Below are positions 8,095 to 16,984 of a stretch of 21,610 nt of DNA, piece by piece. How positions within the stretch are numbered: the first letter of the stretch is position 1; each line of letters opens with the position of its first letter. The translations under genes and the position numbers were made by a program. The notes under the pieces are model-generated. The model made no database searches. It had not been told where the DNA came from and saw only the letters and a program-made list of their open reading frames with translations. The DNA is from an uncultured virus (IMG/VR IMGVR_UViG_3300032002_000001) (Duplodnaviria; Heunggongvirae; Uroviricota; Caudoviricetes), in the IMG/VR virus record IMGVR_UViG_3300032002_000001, one strand, 5' to 3'.

Positions 8095-9527
8095 CAGTCT
8101 CGGACCCCACGGCCGTGGATGGAGAATCCAGTCCGCTCCCCGCTCTTGACCTTGGCCCAGAGCTCAGGGTCGTTCACCTGGTAGCCCACCCACCAGCCAG
8201 TGGGAGTGTCCTCAGGGAGACCCAACGCAGATTTCTTCTCCGGGGTCACCACGAACGATTCGATCATGTGGGACTTAGCAATGGGCGTCCCCATCACCTC
8301 ATCGCGCAGGTGCATGTCCCCGCCCTTGCGGGACTTGTGGACGTACTCGTAGGCGCTCTTCTCCACCTCATCGATGGCGATGTAGTCACCCTGGAGATCC
8401 ACCACCGGCTCGCCGTTCATCTCCACGATGGAGGCCCAGCCGAAGACCTGCTGCTTGTCTGTGTCGACCTTGGAGAACTCACCCTCCCAGCGGACATCGA
8501 CATCACTCTTCTTGAAGGTGGCGTAACCTGCTGCCCCAGCAGCCAGAGCGCCACCAGCAGCGATCAGGTGACCCCGCTTCACATCCTTGGCCCGACCGCG
8601 CTTCAAGCCATCCTTCTTCTCGGCGGCAGCCTGGTACTGGTCAAATCCCTTGGGATCACGGTAAGGGCCTGGGCGTCCAGTCACGTCCTTCTTCACGCGG
8701 TGCTCGACTACGGTCTTCTTCCGGTACTTCCCTCGGGCCTTCTCCCCGAGTCCGTAGCCACCAGCAGCGGCACCACCGACACCAGCGGCACCGACTGCTC
8801 GGATCGCCCGTCGAGTAGTCCGGGAGGTCTTGGTAGCCTCAGTGGCAAGGGTGTTCAGATTGTGAGTCGCAAATCTAGCGTTGGAGGCGGTTTGCGCCAC
8901 GTCCTGTTTGATGCGACGAAGCGAACCCACCTTCGGTGGACGACGGATCTTCGAGATGTTCTTAGTCTCTACCTTGTTGGGGAGCTTCTTGAACTTTCCC
9001 TTGGAGTACTCCGCTCCCTTGCCCGCCGCACGCGCGGCCGTGGTGATCGAGGCCTGAGTTAGCTGGCCCTTGGTCGGGACCTTCTTCGCCTGTTCCTCGA
9101 TCTCCGCGATGCTCTTGTGGATGTCCTTCTTCTTCTTCTCGTCCTTCTTCGCGGAGCGAGCCAGCACCCGGTTAGCCACCAGGTCACCACCGAGGTTGGT
9201 GCCCTGCAGAGCCAGACCAGCGCCAGCACCAGCAACCGCAGGGATGGCCCACTTGGTCTTCGGAATCTTGACCTTGCCACCCTCCTTCTTAGCCCGCTTC
9301 AGGCTCCGGTAGGAGTCACCGAGCGCAGCGGTACCCGCAGCGATACCGATGGCATTTGAAGCCAGAGCCACCCGGGCCTGGTTCCGGTTCCGCTTCTCTC
9401 GCGCAGACAGGTCAGCCCCATCCGGGTTGGCCTTGTGGATCAGGTCGTCCGCCCCACCCCCGTAGAGCAGGTCAGCTACCTCACGGAACACCTGGTCCGT
9501 GGCATACCGCTTCGCTACCTCACTCAT
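8094..9527 (-). CDS. XkdF-like prohead serine protease (aa ~341-477) fused to basic glycine-zipper modules
   Basis: VFGWAS, VDLQGD, GGDMH (H406), MIESFV, GWWVGYQV, WAKVKSGERTGFSIHG (S469). Confidence 0.85.
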   Translation of the reverse strand: MSEVAKRYATDQVFREVADLLYGGGADDLIHKANPDGADLSAREKRNRNQARVALASNAIGIAAGTAALGDSYRSLKRAKKEGGKVKIPKTKWAIPAVAGAGAGLALQGTNLGGDLVANRVLARSAKKDEKKKKDIHKSIAEIEEQAKKVPTKGQLTQASITTAARAAGKGAEYSKGKFKKLPNKVETKNISKIRRPPKVGSLRRIKQDVAQTASNARFATHNLNTLATEATKTSRTTRRAIRAVGAAGVGGAAAGGYGLGEKARGKYRKKTVVEHRVKKDVTGRPGPYRDPKGFDQYQAAAEKKDGLKRGRAKDVKRGHLIAAGGALAAGAAGYATFKKSDVDVRWEGEFSKVDTDKQQVFGWASIVEMNGEPVVDLQGDYIAIDEVEKSAYEYVHKSRKGGDMHLRDEVMGTPIAKSHMIESFVVTPEKKSALGLPEDTPTGWWVGYQVNDPELWAKVKSGERTGFSIHGRGVRD

Positions 9528-9553
9528 ATCTCAATGGTCTCCTTAGCCGCTAC

Positions 9554-11581
9554 TCAGATGGAATCATCACCGAAGTCGAGTTCTTCCATCTCCACATCCG
9601 GCATCATGGACCGAATCTCAATCGGCGGGCCGTATTGGTGGTGGGCGTAGTTCTCGTGCTCAGTGAGATAGGTACCGTTGGTAGTCCAGGTCTCGTAGGC
9701 GTAGGTGGTCGGATAACTCTCCTGCACCGTCCTGCCCAGTGAAGAGTCGTGACCCTCTTCCAGCTTCAGAATGGTGATCTTGAAGTCGTTGGGTTCCAAG
9801 CCCCACTCGTCGGCAGCCTGATCGTAGGTGATCATCGGGCCATCGATAGGTGTGCCATCCTCATCTTCCCAGTTCACCTTCATATGCGGGCTACGGGTGA
9901 CGTAACCTTCCGGGTCATTCCCCTGAGAGGCAATAGTCTCAACGACTGCCCGGATATCGTCATCGTCCAGACGTGCGGTGAGCTGAGCACCATCCCGGGT
10001 GACCATGGTGACCTCGCCATTCAGCTCCCAGGAGATGTGTCGGATGTGCTCCTTGATCAGATCCTCGAAGGCCTCGGTGGCTTCCAGCGCAGCCTTGGAC
10101 TCATCGGGAGAGAACTCGGTGGTATGGGTCATCTCCACCTTCATGTCTGGGTCGAACTCCGTGGGTTCCACCACCGCGTAGACCGGACGCTCCATCTTGA
10201 TCACCGGCTGCCGCCAGACCCGACGACGGTGCTTCTTCGGAGCACGCTGAGCCAGTAGCTCCACGATCTGCTGCTGCAGCCTGAGCTTCTGCGCGGCAGG
10301 CATCTTGTATGTCACCTGCTGCATCTGAGCCTTCTGCTGACCCAGCTGCACCTTCTCCGAGACAGCACTAGGCATCACTACGCGCTGAGGCATCCGGACC
10401 CGCTCAGGCATCTGCACTCGCTCCGGCATCTGCACCCGCTCGGTAGTCTCGGTGGGCATCACCACCCGCTCCACTGTTTCCACCGCTTCCTTCACAGGCT
10501 CGATCACCTGAGCAGGCTCGATCACCGCACGACGCTCCCGCTCGATCACCGGCCTAGTTCGAGGAGCCGTAGCCTGTGCCCGCTGCTTCGCGGTGAATCG
10601 ACCACCTCGCCCGCGTGGGTGCTCCTCGTTGAACTCCTGGAGCTCTGATCCACTCAGGTCCTTCTGGAAGTACTCGATGGACATCCGACCTGGATCCACC
10701 ACCCGGACCTCACACCGGCAGTTCGGATGCACGCCTGGGACGTAGATCTCGATCCCGTTGGGCAGCTTGAACCGCTCAGAGACCAATACCTTCTTCCCGT
10801 GCAGAGGAGCGCACTGAGGACAGGTTCGTTCATCCCGAGCAGTCAGCCAGACCTTCTGCGCCTCCTGGGAGAGGTTGCCCTTCTCCTGTAGCCAGGTCCA
10901 GGCAGTCTGCTGCGCCTGCTGGTTGAGGTTGTGCACCTCCTGCTTAGCGAAGCCCTTGAACCGCTGGTTGAGAGATCGGTTGATGTACTCCAGCGCCTGA
11001 GCCTTGCGAGGGCGAGGGGTAGCGGTAGTCACCTTCTGCGGAGCCGCCAGAGCCACGTAGGAGTTCATCTGTCGCGGGGTGAGCCCGTAGGCATCCAGCA
11101 CCTTCTCCGCCGCTGCCTTGGGTGGGATCTTCCGGTTCAGGTACAGGTGGAAGCCCTGGACCAGCGCCTCCTTGGAGGTTTCGTTGAAGTAGGTCCCCAT
11201 CCGAGAGGCGTGCTGCTCAGCTAGGGCGTAGAGGGTGGACATCGGGATGTCCTGTGCCCGGGAGTTCCGGTAGGCCCGGACGTAGGCCTGAATCGCCGCA
11301 GGACCCACCAGCTTGTTGAATCGGCCCAGGTAGATCTCCGAGGCAGCATCCACCAGCCGTACCAGAGATGCACCAGTGACCTCCCTCTGCTTCAGCAGAT
11401 CGTGTCGGACCCGGTTGATCACCAGCATCCGATAGGACTGCAGAGCAGCCTCGATCTGCTCCTGCGGTGAACCGATACTGCGTTGGTCTAGCTGCCGCAG
11501 CGCCCCAGGCTCGATGTCAGAGAAGAGCAGCGAGACATAGGGATTCGGCTTAGCTGAGGATGGATCCGCCACCCTGGTCAC
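9554..11581 (-). CDS. MuF-like (SPP1 gp7-type) minor head protein with long C-terminal extension
   Basis: KVWLTARDERTCPQCAPLHG...HPNCRC at ~10705-10856. Start could instead be GTG 11572. Confidence 0.85.
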   Translation of the reverse strand: MTRVADPSSAKPNPYVSLLFSDIEPGALRQLDQRSIGSPQEQIEAALQSYRMLVINRVRHDLLKQREVTGASLVRLVDAASEIYLGRFNKLVGPAAIQAYVRAYRNSRAQDIPMSTLYALAEQHASRMGTYFNETSKEALVQGFHLYLNRKIPPKAAAEKVLDAYGLTPRQMNSYVALAAPQKVTTATPRPRKAQALEYINRSLNQRFKGFAKQEVHNLNQQAQQTAWTWLQEKGNLSQEAQKVWLTARDERTCPQCAPLHGKKVLVSERFKLPNGIEIYVPGVHPNCRCEVRVVDPGRMSIEYFQKDLSGSELQEFNEEHPRGRGGRFTAKQRAQATAPRTRPVIERERRAVIEPAQVIEPVKEAVETVERVVMPTETTERVQMPERVQMPERVRMPQRVVMPSAVSEKVQLGQQKAQMQQVTYKMPAAQKLRLQQQIVELLAQRAPKKHRRRVWRQPVIKMERPVYAVVEPTEFDPDMKVEMTHTTEFSPDESKAALEATEAFEDLIKEHIRHISWELNGEVTMVTRDGAQLTARLDDDDIRAVVETIASQGNDPEGYVTRSPHMKVNWEDEDGTPIDGPMITYDQAADEWGLEPNDFKITILKLEEGHDSSLGRTVQESYPTTYAYETWTTNGTYLTEHENYAHHQYGPPIEIRSMMPDVEMEELDFGDDSI
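10370..10471 (-). repeat. Imperfect 18-bp coding repeats, [EQ]RV[QVR]MP x5
   Basis: ERVVMP-TETT-ERVQMP-ERVQMP-ERVRMP-QRVVMP in the MuF linker. Confidence 0.85.
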
Positions 11582-14500
11582 CCTTCTTCTTCTGCTCTAG
11601 CTCACCGAAGGGTGCCTTCTCGTGCATCCTGCGGAACACGTCGTTGACCGCCTGGAAGTCCGACTGGTTCAGCGCGAGGAAATGATCCACGTCCTCAACC
11701 CCGCGTACGTTGTCCTTCTCAGCCCGGACTGCGGCGGCGAAGTTCTGGATCTGCTTCACCAGGTTGTCGTCGGTAGTCTCGTCCTTCAGCCAACGAGCCG
11801 CCCTGTCCGCGTTGTCCGCGTAGTTCTGCATCCGACGCTTGTGTTCCGACTGATTCCCTTCCGACCGATCATAGGATCGCTGCGCAGCCGGGGCAGGGAC
11901 GACGATGTCCCCGGCACCCCGGTCCTCGTCACTGACTCCCTGGTTCAGAGCCCGGACCTCATGCAGTGCTCGGAGCCTAGCCTCGATCAGCTCAGGGTTC
12001 CGGAACAGGTGATCCAGGGCGGGAGCCCCTCGCTTCACCTTCAGGTCCTTGACCGCCTCCAGCCGCATATCAGGATCCAGCGGACCACCAGCAGCCTGGA
12101 TGTAGCCGTTCAGATTCAGAGCAGCGTTGAACTCCTGCTCCAGTTCTGCATCCACCATCCTCGATAGCGGGCGGAGGACAGTGATCCCACCCAAGGTCTG
12201 GGCGTCCAGTTGCGCCAGGCGCTTAGCCCGACCAGCGTCATCCTCAGGAGCGTCAGGGAACTTGTAGGGCTTGGAACCCCAGATCCCGATCAGGTCATCG
12301 GTGTACTCCTCCTGACCCAGCTTTCCGGAGGCAGCCTTGTAGGCCACTCCAGCCTCACCCAGATCGACGCCAGCCTCTTCTAGGCGATAGAACCACTTGT
12401 CGAACTTCTGCTGCTTCGCCGGGTCTCGGAGATCGGCAGCGGTGTAGTTCCGGGCGGCACGGTCATCAGGTGACGCACCCTCCATCTCCACACCGGCCAT
12501 CCGCTCCTGGATACCTCGGGCAGCCTGGGCGTACTCGATCCGCTGACGCACCTCAGCGGCAGCATCGGCAGGAGTGGTCTTCTTCTCCTCGGTCTCCGCC
12601 GCCTCTTCGGCCTCCTCATCACTGGGAGCCCGGGTGGGCTTGCGGTGAATCTGGTAGTCCGCATCCGCCGCTGAGAACTTGTTGCCCTGATGGGAGAACG
12701 GCGAGGTGGCTGCGTTGTTGAACAGACCAGCGGCCGCATAGGCGGGACGATTCCGACCCGGCTCCACGTAACCCCGGTCAATGTTCGGAGTCACACCCTC
12801 CGGGTCAAGGGTGACCGAGTTCTTCCGGCTCTTGATGTAGTAAGGGAACTGCTCCTGTAGCGCCCGGAGGGCAGCGTCATAGCCCACACCGTTCAGCCGG
12901 AACTTCGTCTCCTTCTGCTCCGCCATGTGCTTCAGAGCGTCATCGATGTACTCCTCAGCGTTCTCATCGGTACCCAGGGCACGCGCTGCAGCCATGTGCT
13001 CGGCGTACTGCTGCAACTCTGGGGTCAGCTCCGGGGAGGACTTGAAGTCTTCGATCCGCTCCTGGACCTTGGCGTTGATCTCCATCGGACGGAGCCCCAG
13101 TCCCTGGTACTCCTCCATCACCGTGGCGCGGATCGCATCCTTGGTAGCCGGGTCCAGGTCCCTGCGGTCGATCTGCTGAGACTGCACCGCGTCCAGCAGT
13201 TGTGCGTAGCGGCGAGTCATCCGCTTCGCCTTGTCGTTGTGCCGACGCCCGCCCCGGAAGTCCTCCTCGAACTCCACGGTGAAGGTGCCAGAGCGAGAGA
13301 CCACGGTGAGCTGGCGAGCACCCGACATCAGTCCGGTGTAGATGTCTTCAGTGGTAGGACCACCCACAGAGCGGGTGCGGATGTACTCCCCACCCTTCAG
13401 CCCCTTCAGGTGCTTCAGGTTGAAGGGCAGATAGTGATCATCACCGTAACCCACAGCCTGAGAAACGATCCGTCCCTTGCTGTCCAGGATCACACCCTCT
13501 GAGGGCGGAGTGTTACCCGAAGCCAGCTGCAGGTTGTACAGCCCCTTCCTAGGCATCCGGTTCTCCAGGTGAGCAGCGATCACCCGACGACCGTTAGCCC
13601 GCTCCTCCCAGGTAGGTACCCGACGCTTGGCGTTCTCCCGGACCGCAGCCATCTGGCTGGGAGCAGGAGTCCTGGGGTTCTTCAGATTCGCCCGACGATC
13701 CTCCGGCACATTGCCGTAGGGGTCTGAGTCGATGGCCAGCTTGGTGTCGTTCACCGCAGCCTCGTACGCCCGGACCATCGGTCGGTCCGGAGTCTTCTCC
13801 GTACCCCGGTAGCGGTAGGCAGCCCGACGTGTAGGCGGGCCGAACACTGCCTCTGCCTCCGCCCCGTGGTCACCTACGAACTGACCGAACCGAGCTGCAA
13901 GGGCCACCTTGGATCCCGGAGGAGCAGCAGCCCCAAGCAGTTCGGATCCAGACTTGATCCTGCGGTAGGTCTGCGCGTTGGTGTTGTACCGGTCGTTCTC
14001 CTCGATCCGGCCCCAGTCGGTGGCGAAGGAGTTGAACCCCTGGTCGACCTGGTTCAGTGCCCGGACCCGTCCAGCGTTGGCCTGAGAGGACTGTGCCCCC
14101 AGTGCACTAGCCAGACCGAAGTAGGCCCCACCCAGAGTGAGCGCAGTAGGCCGAGCGTCCAGTCCCACCAGATCTTCGTACTTCGCATCCCACTTCAGGT
14201 CTGCGGGGCGAGTGGAGGTAGCCGTGGTGGTGTACACCTGCTTGGTGCGCTTGTCCCGAATGTGGGCGATCACGTCGTGGTCACCAGGGTTTCCAGAGTG
14301 ATGCACAGTGCTCAGGAAGTTGGACAGCTGCCGGTACTGGTCCTGGTAGGCAGCCAACTCCTCGTCGCTCAGCCGCTCCCTACGCTGACCGCGATTCTTA
14401 GCTTCCTCCCCCGGCAGACCCATCGCGTGGGCCGTGCGAGTGTGCAGGGGCTTCTTCTGGTTGGTAGTGACCTTGGTCCGGAATCGACCAGTAGAGGGGT

Positions 14501-15101
14501 CACGTGAGAAGTCGGACTCCCGGAATCGGTAGCCGTAGTCATAGGGCGAGGGACTCTTGGAGATCTGGGAGAAGGCCTCGGCGTAAGGCTTGACCCCCTC
14601 GGGATCCTTCAGCGCCTTGGAGACCAGAGCCTTCTTCACCATCTCCGTGCGCCGCTTAGAGATGTGGTTCACCCGACGCTGGAGAGTGCGGAGGTTCTTG
14701 GAGATGGTGTCCTCCAGCACCTCACCTACCACGGCGTTGACGAACATCTCCGCTGAGTCCTCATCCATCTTCATGATGAGGTCGTAGGCCTGTCGAGCAG
14801 CCTTGTGGTTGAAGTCAGAGGTGCTCGCCTTGAAGATCGGCTCGTAGTGCTTCTTCACCGGGCTGACCTTCAGCCCCTTCGCCTCGCGCTGCTTCATCCG
14901 AATCTCCTTGCCAGCTTGTCGCAAGTAGTGTCCCCTCTTGCTGGTCTTCCCGCCACCGACACCAGGGAGCGCCTGATCCGTACTCGCGGCCTTGGTCTTC
15001 TTTGCCTGCAGGTGCATCTTCACCTCACGCCGCTGGACCGGAGACAACTGGTCTGCGAACTTGTAGGCCTTCAGACTCGGGACGTAGCTCTTGGAGATCA
15101 C
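11550..15101 (-). CDS. Large (1183 aa) putative internal virion protein with degenerate JAB/MPN-like domain
   Basis: GTGA-coupled to portal and located between portal and MuF. N-terminal [IV]xK-rich region, RDPSTGRF motif, JAB-like segment at aa 535-611. Confidence 0.7.
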   Translation of the reverse strand: MISKSYVPSLKAYKFADQLSPVQRREVKMHLQAKKTKAASTDQALPGVGGGKTSKRGHYLRQAGKEIRMKQREAKGLKVSPVKKHYEPIFKASTSDFNHKAARQAYDLIMKMDEDSAEMFVNAVVGEVLEDTISKNLRTLQRRVNHISKRRTEMVKKALVSKALKDPEGVKPYAEAFSQISKSPSPYDYGYRFRESDFSRDPSTGRFRTKVTTNQKKPLHTRTAHAMGLPGEEAKNRGQRRERLSDEELAAYQDQYRQLSNFLSTVHHSGNPGDHDVIAHIRDKRTKQVYTTTATSTRPADLKWDAKYEDLVGLDARPTALTLGGAYFGLASALGAQSSQANAGRVRALNQVDQGFNSFATDWGRIEENDRYNTNAQTYRRIKSGSELLGAAAPPGSKVALAARFGQFVGDHGAEAEAVFGPPTRRAAYRYRGTEKTPDRPMVRAYEAAVNDTKLAIDSDPYGNVPEDRRANLKNPRTPAPSQMAAVRENAKRRVPTWEERANGRRVIAAHLENRMPRKGLYNLQLASGNTPPSEGVILDSKGRIVSQAVGYGDDHYLPFNLKHLKGLKGGEYIRTRSVGGPTTEDIYTGLMSGARQLTVVSRSGTFTVEFEEDFRGGRRHNDKAKRMTRRYAQLLDAVQSQQIDRRDLDPATKDAIRATVMEEYQGLGLRPMEINAKVQERIEDFKSSPELTPELQQYAEHMAAARALGTDENAEEYIDDALKHMAEQKETKFRLNGVGYDAALRALQEQFPYYIKSRKNSVTLDPEGVTPNIDRGYVEPGRNRPAYAAAGLFNNAATSPFSHQGNKFSAADADYQIHRKPTRAPSDEEAEEAAETEEKKTTPADAAAEVRQRIEYAQAARGIQERMAGVEMEGASPDDRAARNYTAADLRDPAKQQKFDKWFYRLEEAGVDLGEAGVAYKAASGKLGQEEYTDDLIGIWGSKPYKFPDAPEDDAGRAKRLAQLDAQTLGGITVLRPLSRMVDAELEQEFNAALNLNGYIQAAGGPLDPDMRLEAVKDLKVKRGAPALDHLFRNPELIEARLRALHEVRALNQGVSDEDRGAGDIVVPAPAAQRSYDRSEGNQSEHKRRMQNYADNADRAARWLKDETTDDNLVKQIQNFAAAVRAEKDNVRGVEDVDHFLALNQSDFQAVNDVFRRMHEKAPFGELEQKKKGDQGGGSILS

Positions 15102-16984
15102 TTCTTTGGCTTCTTCTTCGCTGGTGGCTTCTTGGTCTGCCTGCTCACCTCACGCAACTGCTGAGACTTCAGCTTCGCCCGCTTGGACTCTGAGGCGTCC
15201 TTCCGGCGCATCAGCTCAGCTTCTCGCTTGGTCTTCCTCGACTCCATGGTGTCCTGGAGCCGCATCCGCTCCTTCTCCCGACCGTGCTTCTTCTGCTCGA
15301 TGGAGTCAGTGAGCTTCAACTTCTCCGCTTCCCGCTTGGCCCGCTTCTCCTCGTTCGGGTCCTCAGGCGGCGGCATCATGGCATCCATCCGCTGCTGCTC
15401 CATCATCGCCTGGTCTTCCTGACCAACCGGATGCTTGCGGCGCTCCAGCTCTGCCTCCTGTTCGGAGAAGGCCATGTCGCGGGACATCTCCGGTGGCGGG
15501 GTCTGAGACCACATCTCCGCCTGCTCTGGGCTGTAGCCCTGGGAGGCCATGTCTGCCTTCTGCTGCATCCCGAGCACACCCATCTGGGAGTCGGCGTACT
15601 CCATGGCCTGCTGCTGCATCAGCATCTGACGCTTGAACTCGATGGTCTCGTCCGTCATCTCCGGCAGGCGCGCAATGTCGCGCATGAACTTCTCCAGCTC
15701 CGGATCCGGGAACCATTGCATACCTGCGCCCGAGGTGGCGGAGATGAACCCAGCCAGTTGCTGCAGGTCAGGCGGGTCGACATTAGAAGGTTCAAACTGC
15801 GGCAGTTCATCCAGCTTCCATCCGTTGACTTCGAACAGGCGAGGGACTGCGTACCGGTTGAGAGTGTCTGCGATGGCCTTGACGATGGCGTTCAGGGAGG
15901 CCCGGAAGATTCCGGTCTTGTCGGTGTGCATGGAGTAGGTGCCCACCTGCTCATGCCCGACCAGGATGAAGTCAGCCAGCACACTCATCAGGATCCGCTG
16001 CTCGTAGCGCTGGATGATCGAGTTGGTGTCGAACTGACGCGAGCCAGAGGAGGCCATCAGCTCGAACTCATAGAGCGGCTGCTTGGTCTCTGGGTCGTAC
16101 TCAATGGGGAGGACCAGGCCCTCGTTCTCGTCCCGCCGTACGCCCCGGACCATCTTCCGGAAGGCCTCGACAGTCTTCGCCTGCGGGGTGCCCTTCTCTG
16201 CCAACAGGAAGTGGGCAGGGACCTTACCCACCGGCATACCGGCCAGGTCCCGCTCGACACCGATGGCTTCGAACTCCTCCAGCCGCTTCTTGAAGTACCA
16301 GGAGCGGTAGGCGGTCCGGAGCAGGGAGAGCCCCTCAGGGTTGCCCTTGGACAGGTTGGTGCGGAACAGCAGGCTCTTCTCGATGGGCAGAGTGGTGGTG
16401 GCATAGGTGGGCGGAGCCATCTGCACCATCGCCCGGATCCCACCGGTCTTGTCGAACCCCCAGCGCATCAGAGTCTCTTGGGATCGGATCGGCATCTTCC
16501 GCCACCCGATCAGACCGTCCTCGTACTTCGAGCGCTTCTTGGGATCCTTCTGCCAGGGACCGAGCCTGCGCTTGTAGACGATCTCGTGCCAGGACCACCC
16601 GTAGGTGATCATCGAGAGCACCTCACCGATGAAGTCATCCCAGGAGTGGGACATGTCCTCCATGCAGGATTCCAGGAACTCCTGGGCCATCACCGACTCT
16701 TCGGTCTGGTCGCAGGGGACGACCTTCCACTCCACCTCGCGGACCAGCTTGTCGATGGCGAACAGCAGAGCGCCCACCATCGAGTCGTTCATCGACATCT
16801 CGCGGTAGACCTTGACGGCCTTGCGCCCGCGTAGTGCCGGGAGGAACTCCTCATCGATGTAACCGGCCGTACGCTTCAGGCCAGTTACACCGAGCTCAAC
16901 CATCGGCCCCACATTCTTGGGGGGCTCTACATCAGCGGCATCATCGAAGATGTTATCGCCAACAGGAAGGTTGTTACTCGGCAT
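15098..16984 (-). CDS. Portal protein (DUF935/Mu gp29-like) with C-terminal extension
   Basis: Follows terminase; ELGVTGL, YGWSWHEIVYK, NPEGLSLLRTAYRSWYFKK, IGVERDLAGMP, NRYAVPRLFEVNG. Confidence 0.9.
   Translation of the reverse strand: MPSNNLPVGDNIFDDAADVEPPKNVGPMVELGVTGLKRTAGYIDEEFLPALRGRKAVKVYREMSMNDSMVGALLFAIDKLVREVEWKVVPCDQTEESVMAQEFLESCMEDMSHSWDDFIGEVLSMITYGWSWHEIVYKRRLGPWQKDPKKRSKYEDGLIGWRKMPIRSQETLMRWGFDKTGGIRAMVQMAPPTYATTTLPIEKSLLFRTNLSKGNPEGLSLLRTAYRSWYFKKRLEEFEAIGVERDLAGMPVGKVPAHFLLAEKGTPQAKTVEAFRKMVRGVRRDENEGLVLPIEYDPETKQPLYEFELMASSGSRQFDTNSIIQRYEQRILMSVLADFILVGHEQVGTYSMHTDKTGIFRASLNAIVKAIADTLNRYAVPRLFEVNGWKLDELPQFEPSNVDPPDLQQLAGFISATSGAGMQWFPDPELEKFMRDIARLPEMTDETIEFKRQMLMQQQAMEYADSQMGVLGMQQKADMASQGYSPEQAEMWSQTPPPEMSRDMAFSEQEAELERRKHPVGQEDQAMMEQQRMDAMMPPPEDPNEEKRAKREAEKLKLTDSIEQKKHGREKERMRLQDTMESRKTKREAELMRRKDASESKRAKLKSQQLREVSRQTKKPPAKKKPKK

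Noticed and set aside
10370..10471. Tandem repeats as a CRISPR-like or non-coding array
   Set aside because: They are in-frame 18-bp coding repeats with synonymous variation and no spacers.
15284..16834. Long plus-strand ORFs (516 aa here; also 5078-6328, 8067-9062, 17232-18254 and others)
   Set aside because: They lie antisense to well-supported minus-strand genes, have no motifs, and are the expected shadow ORFs of high-GC codon bias.
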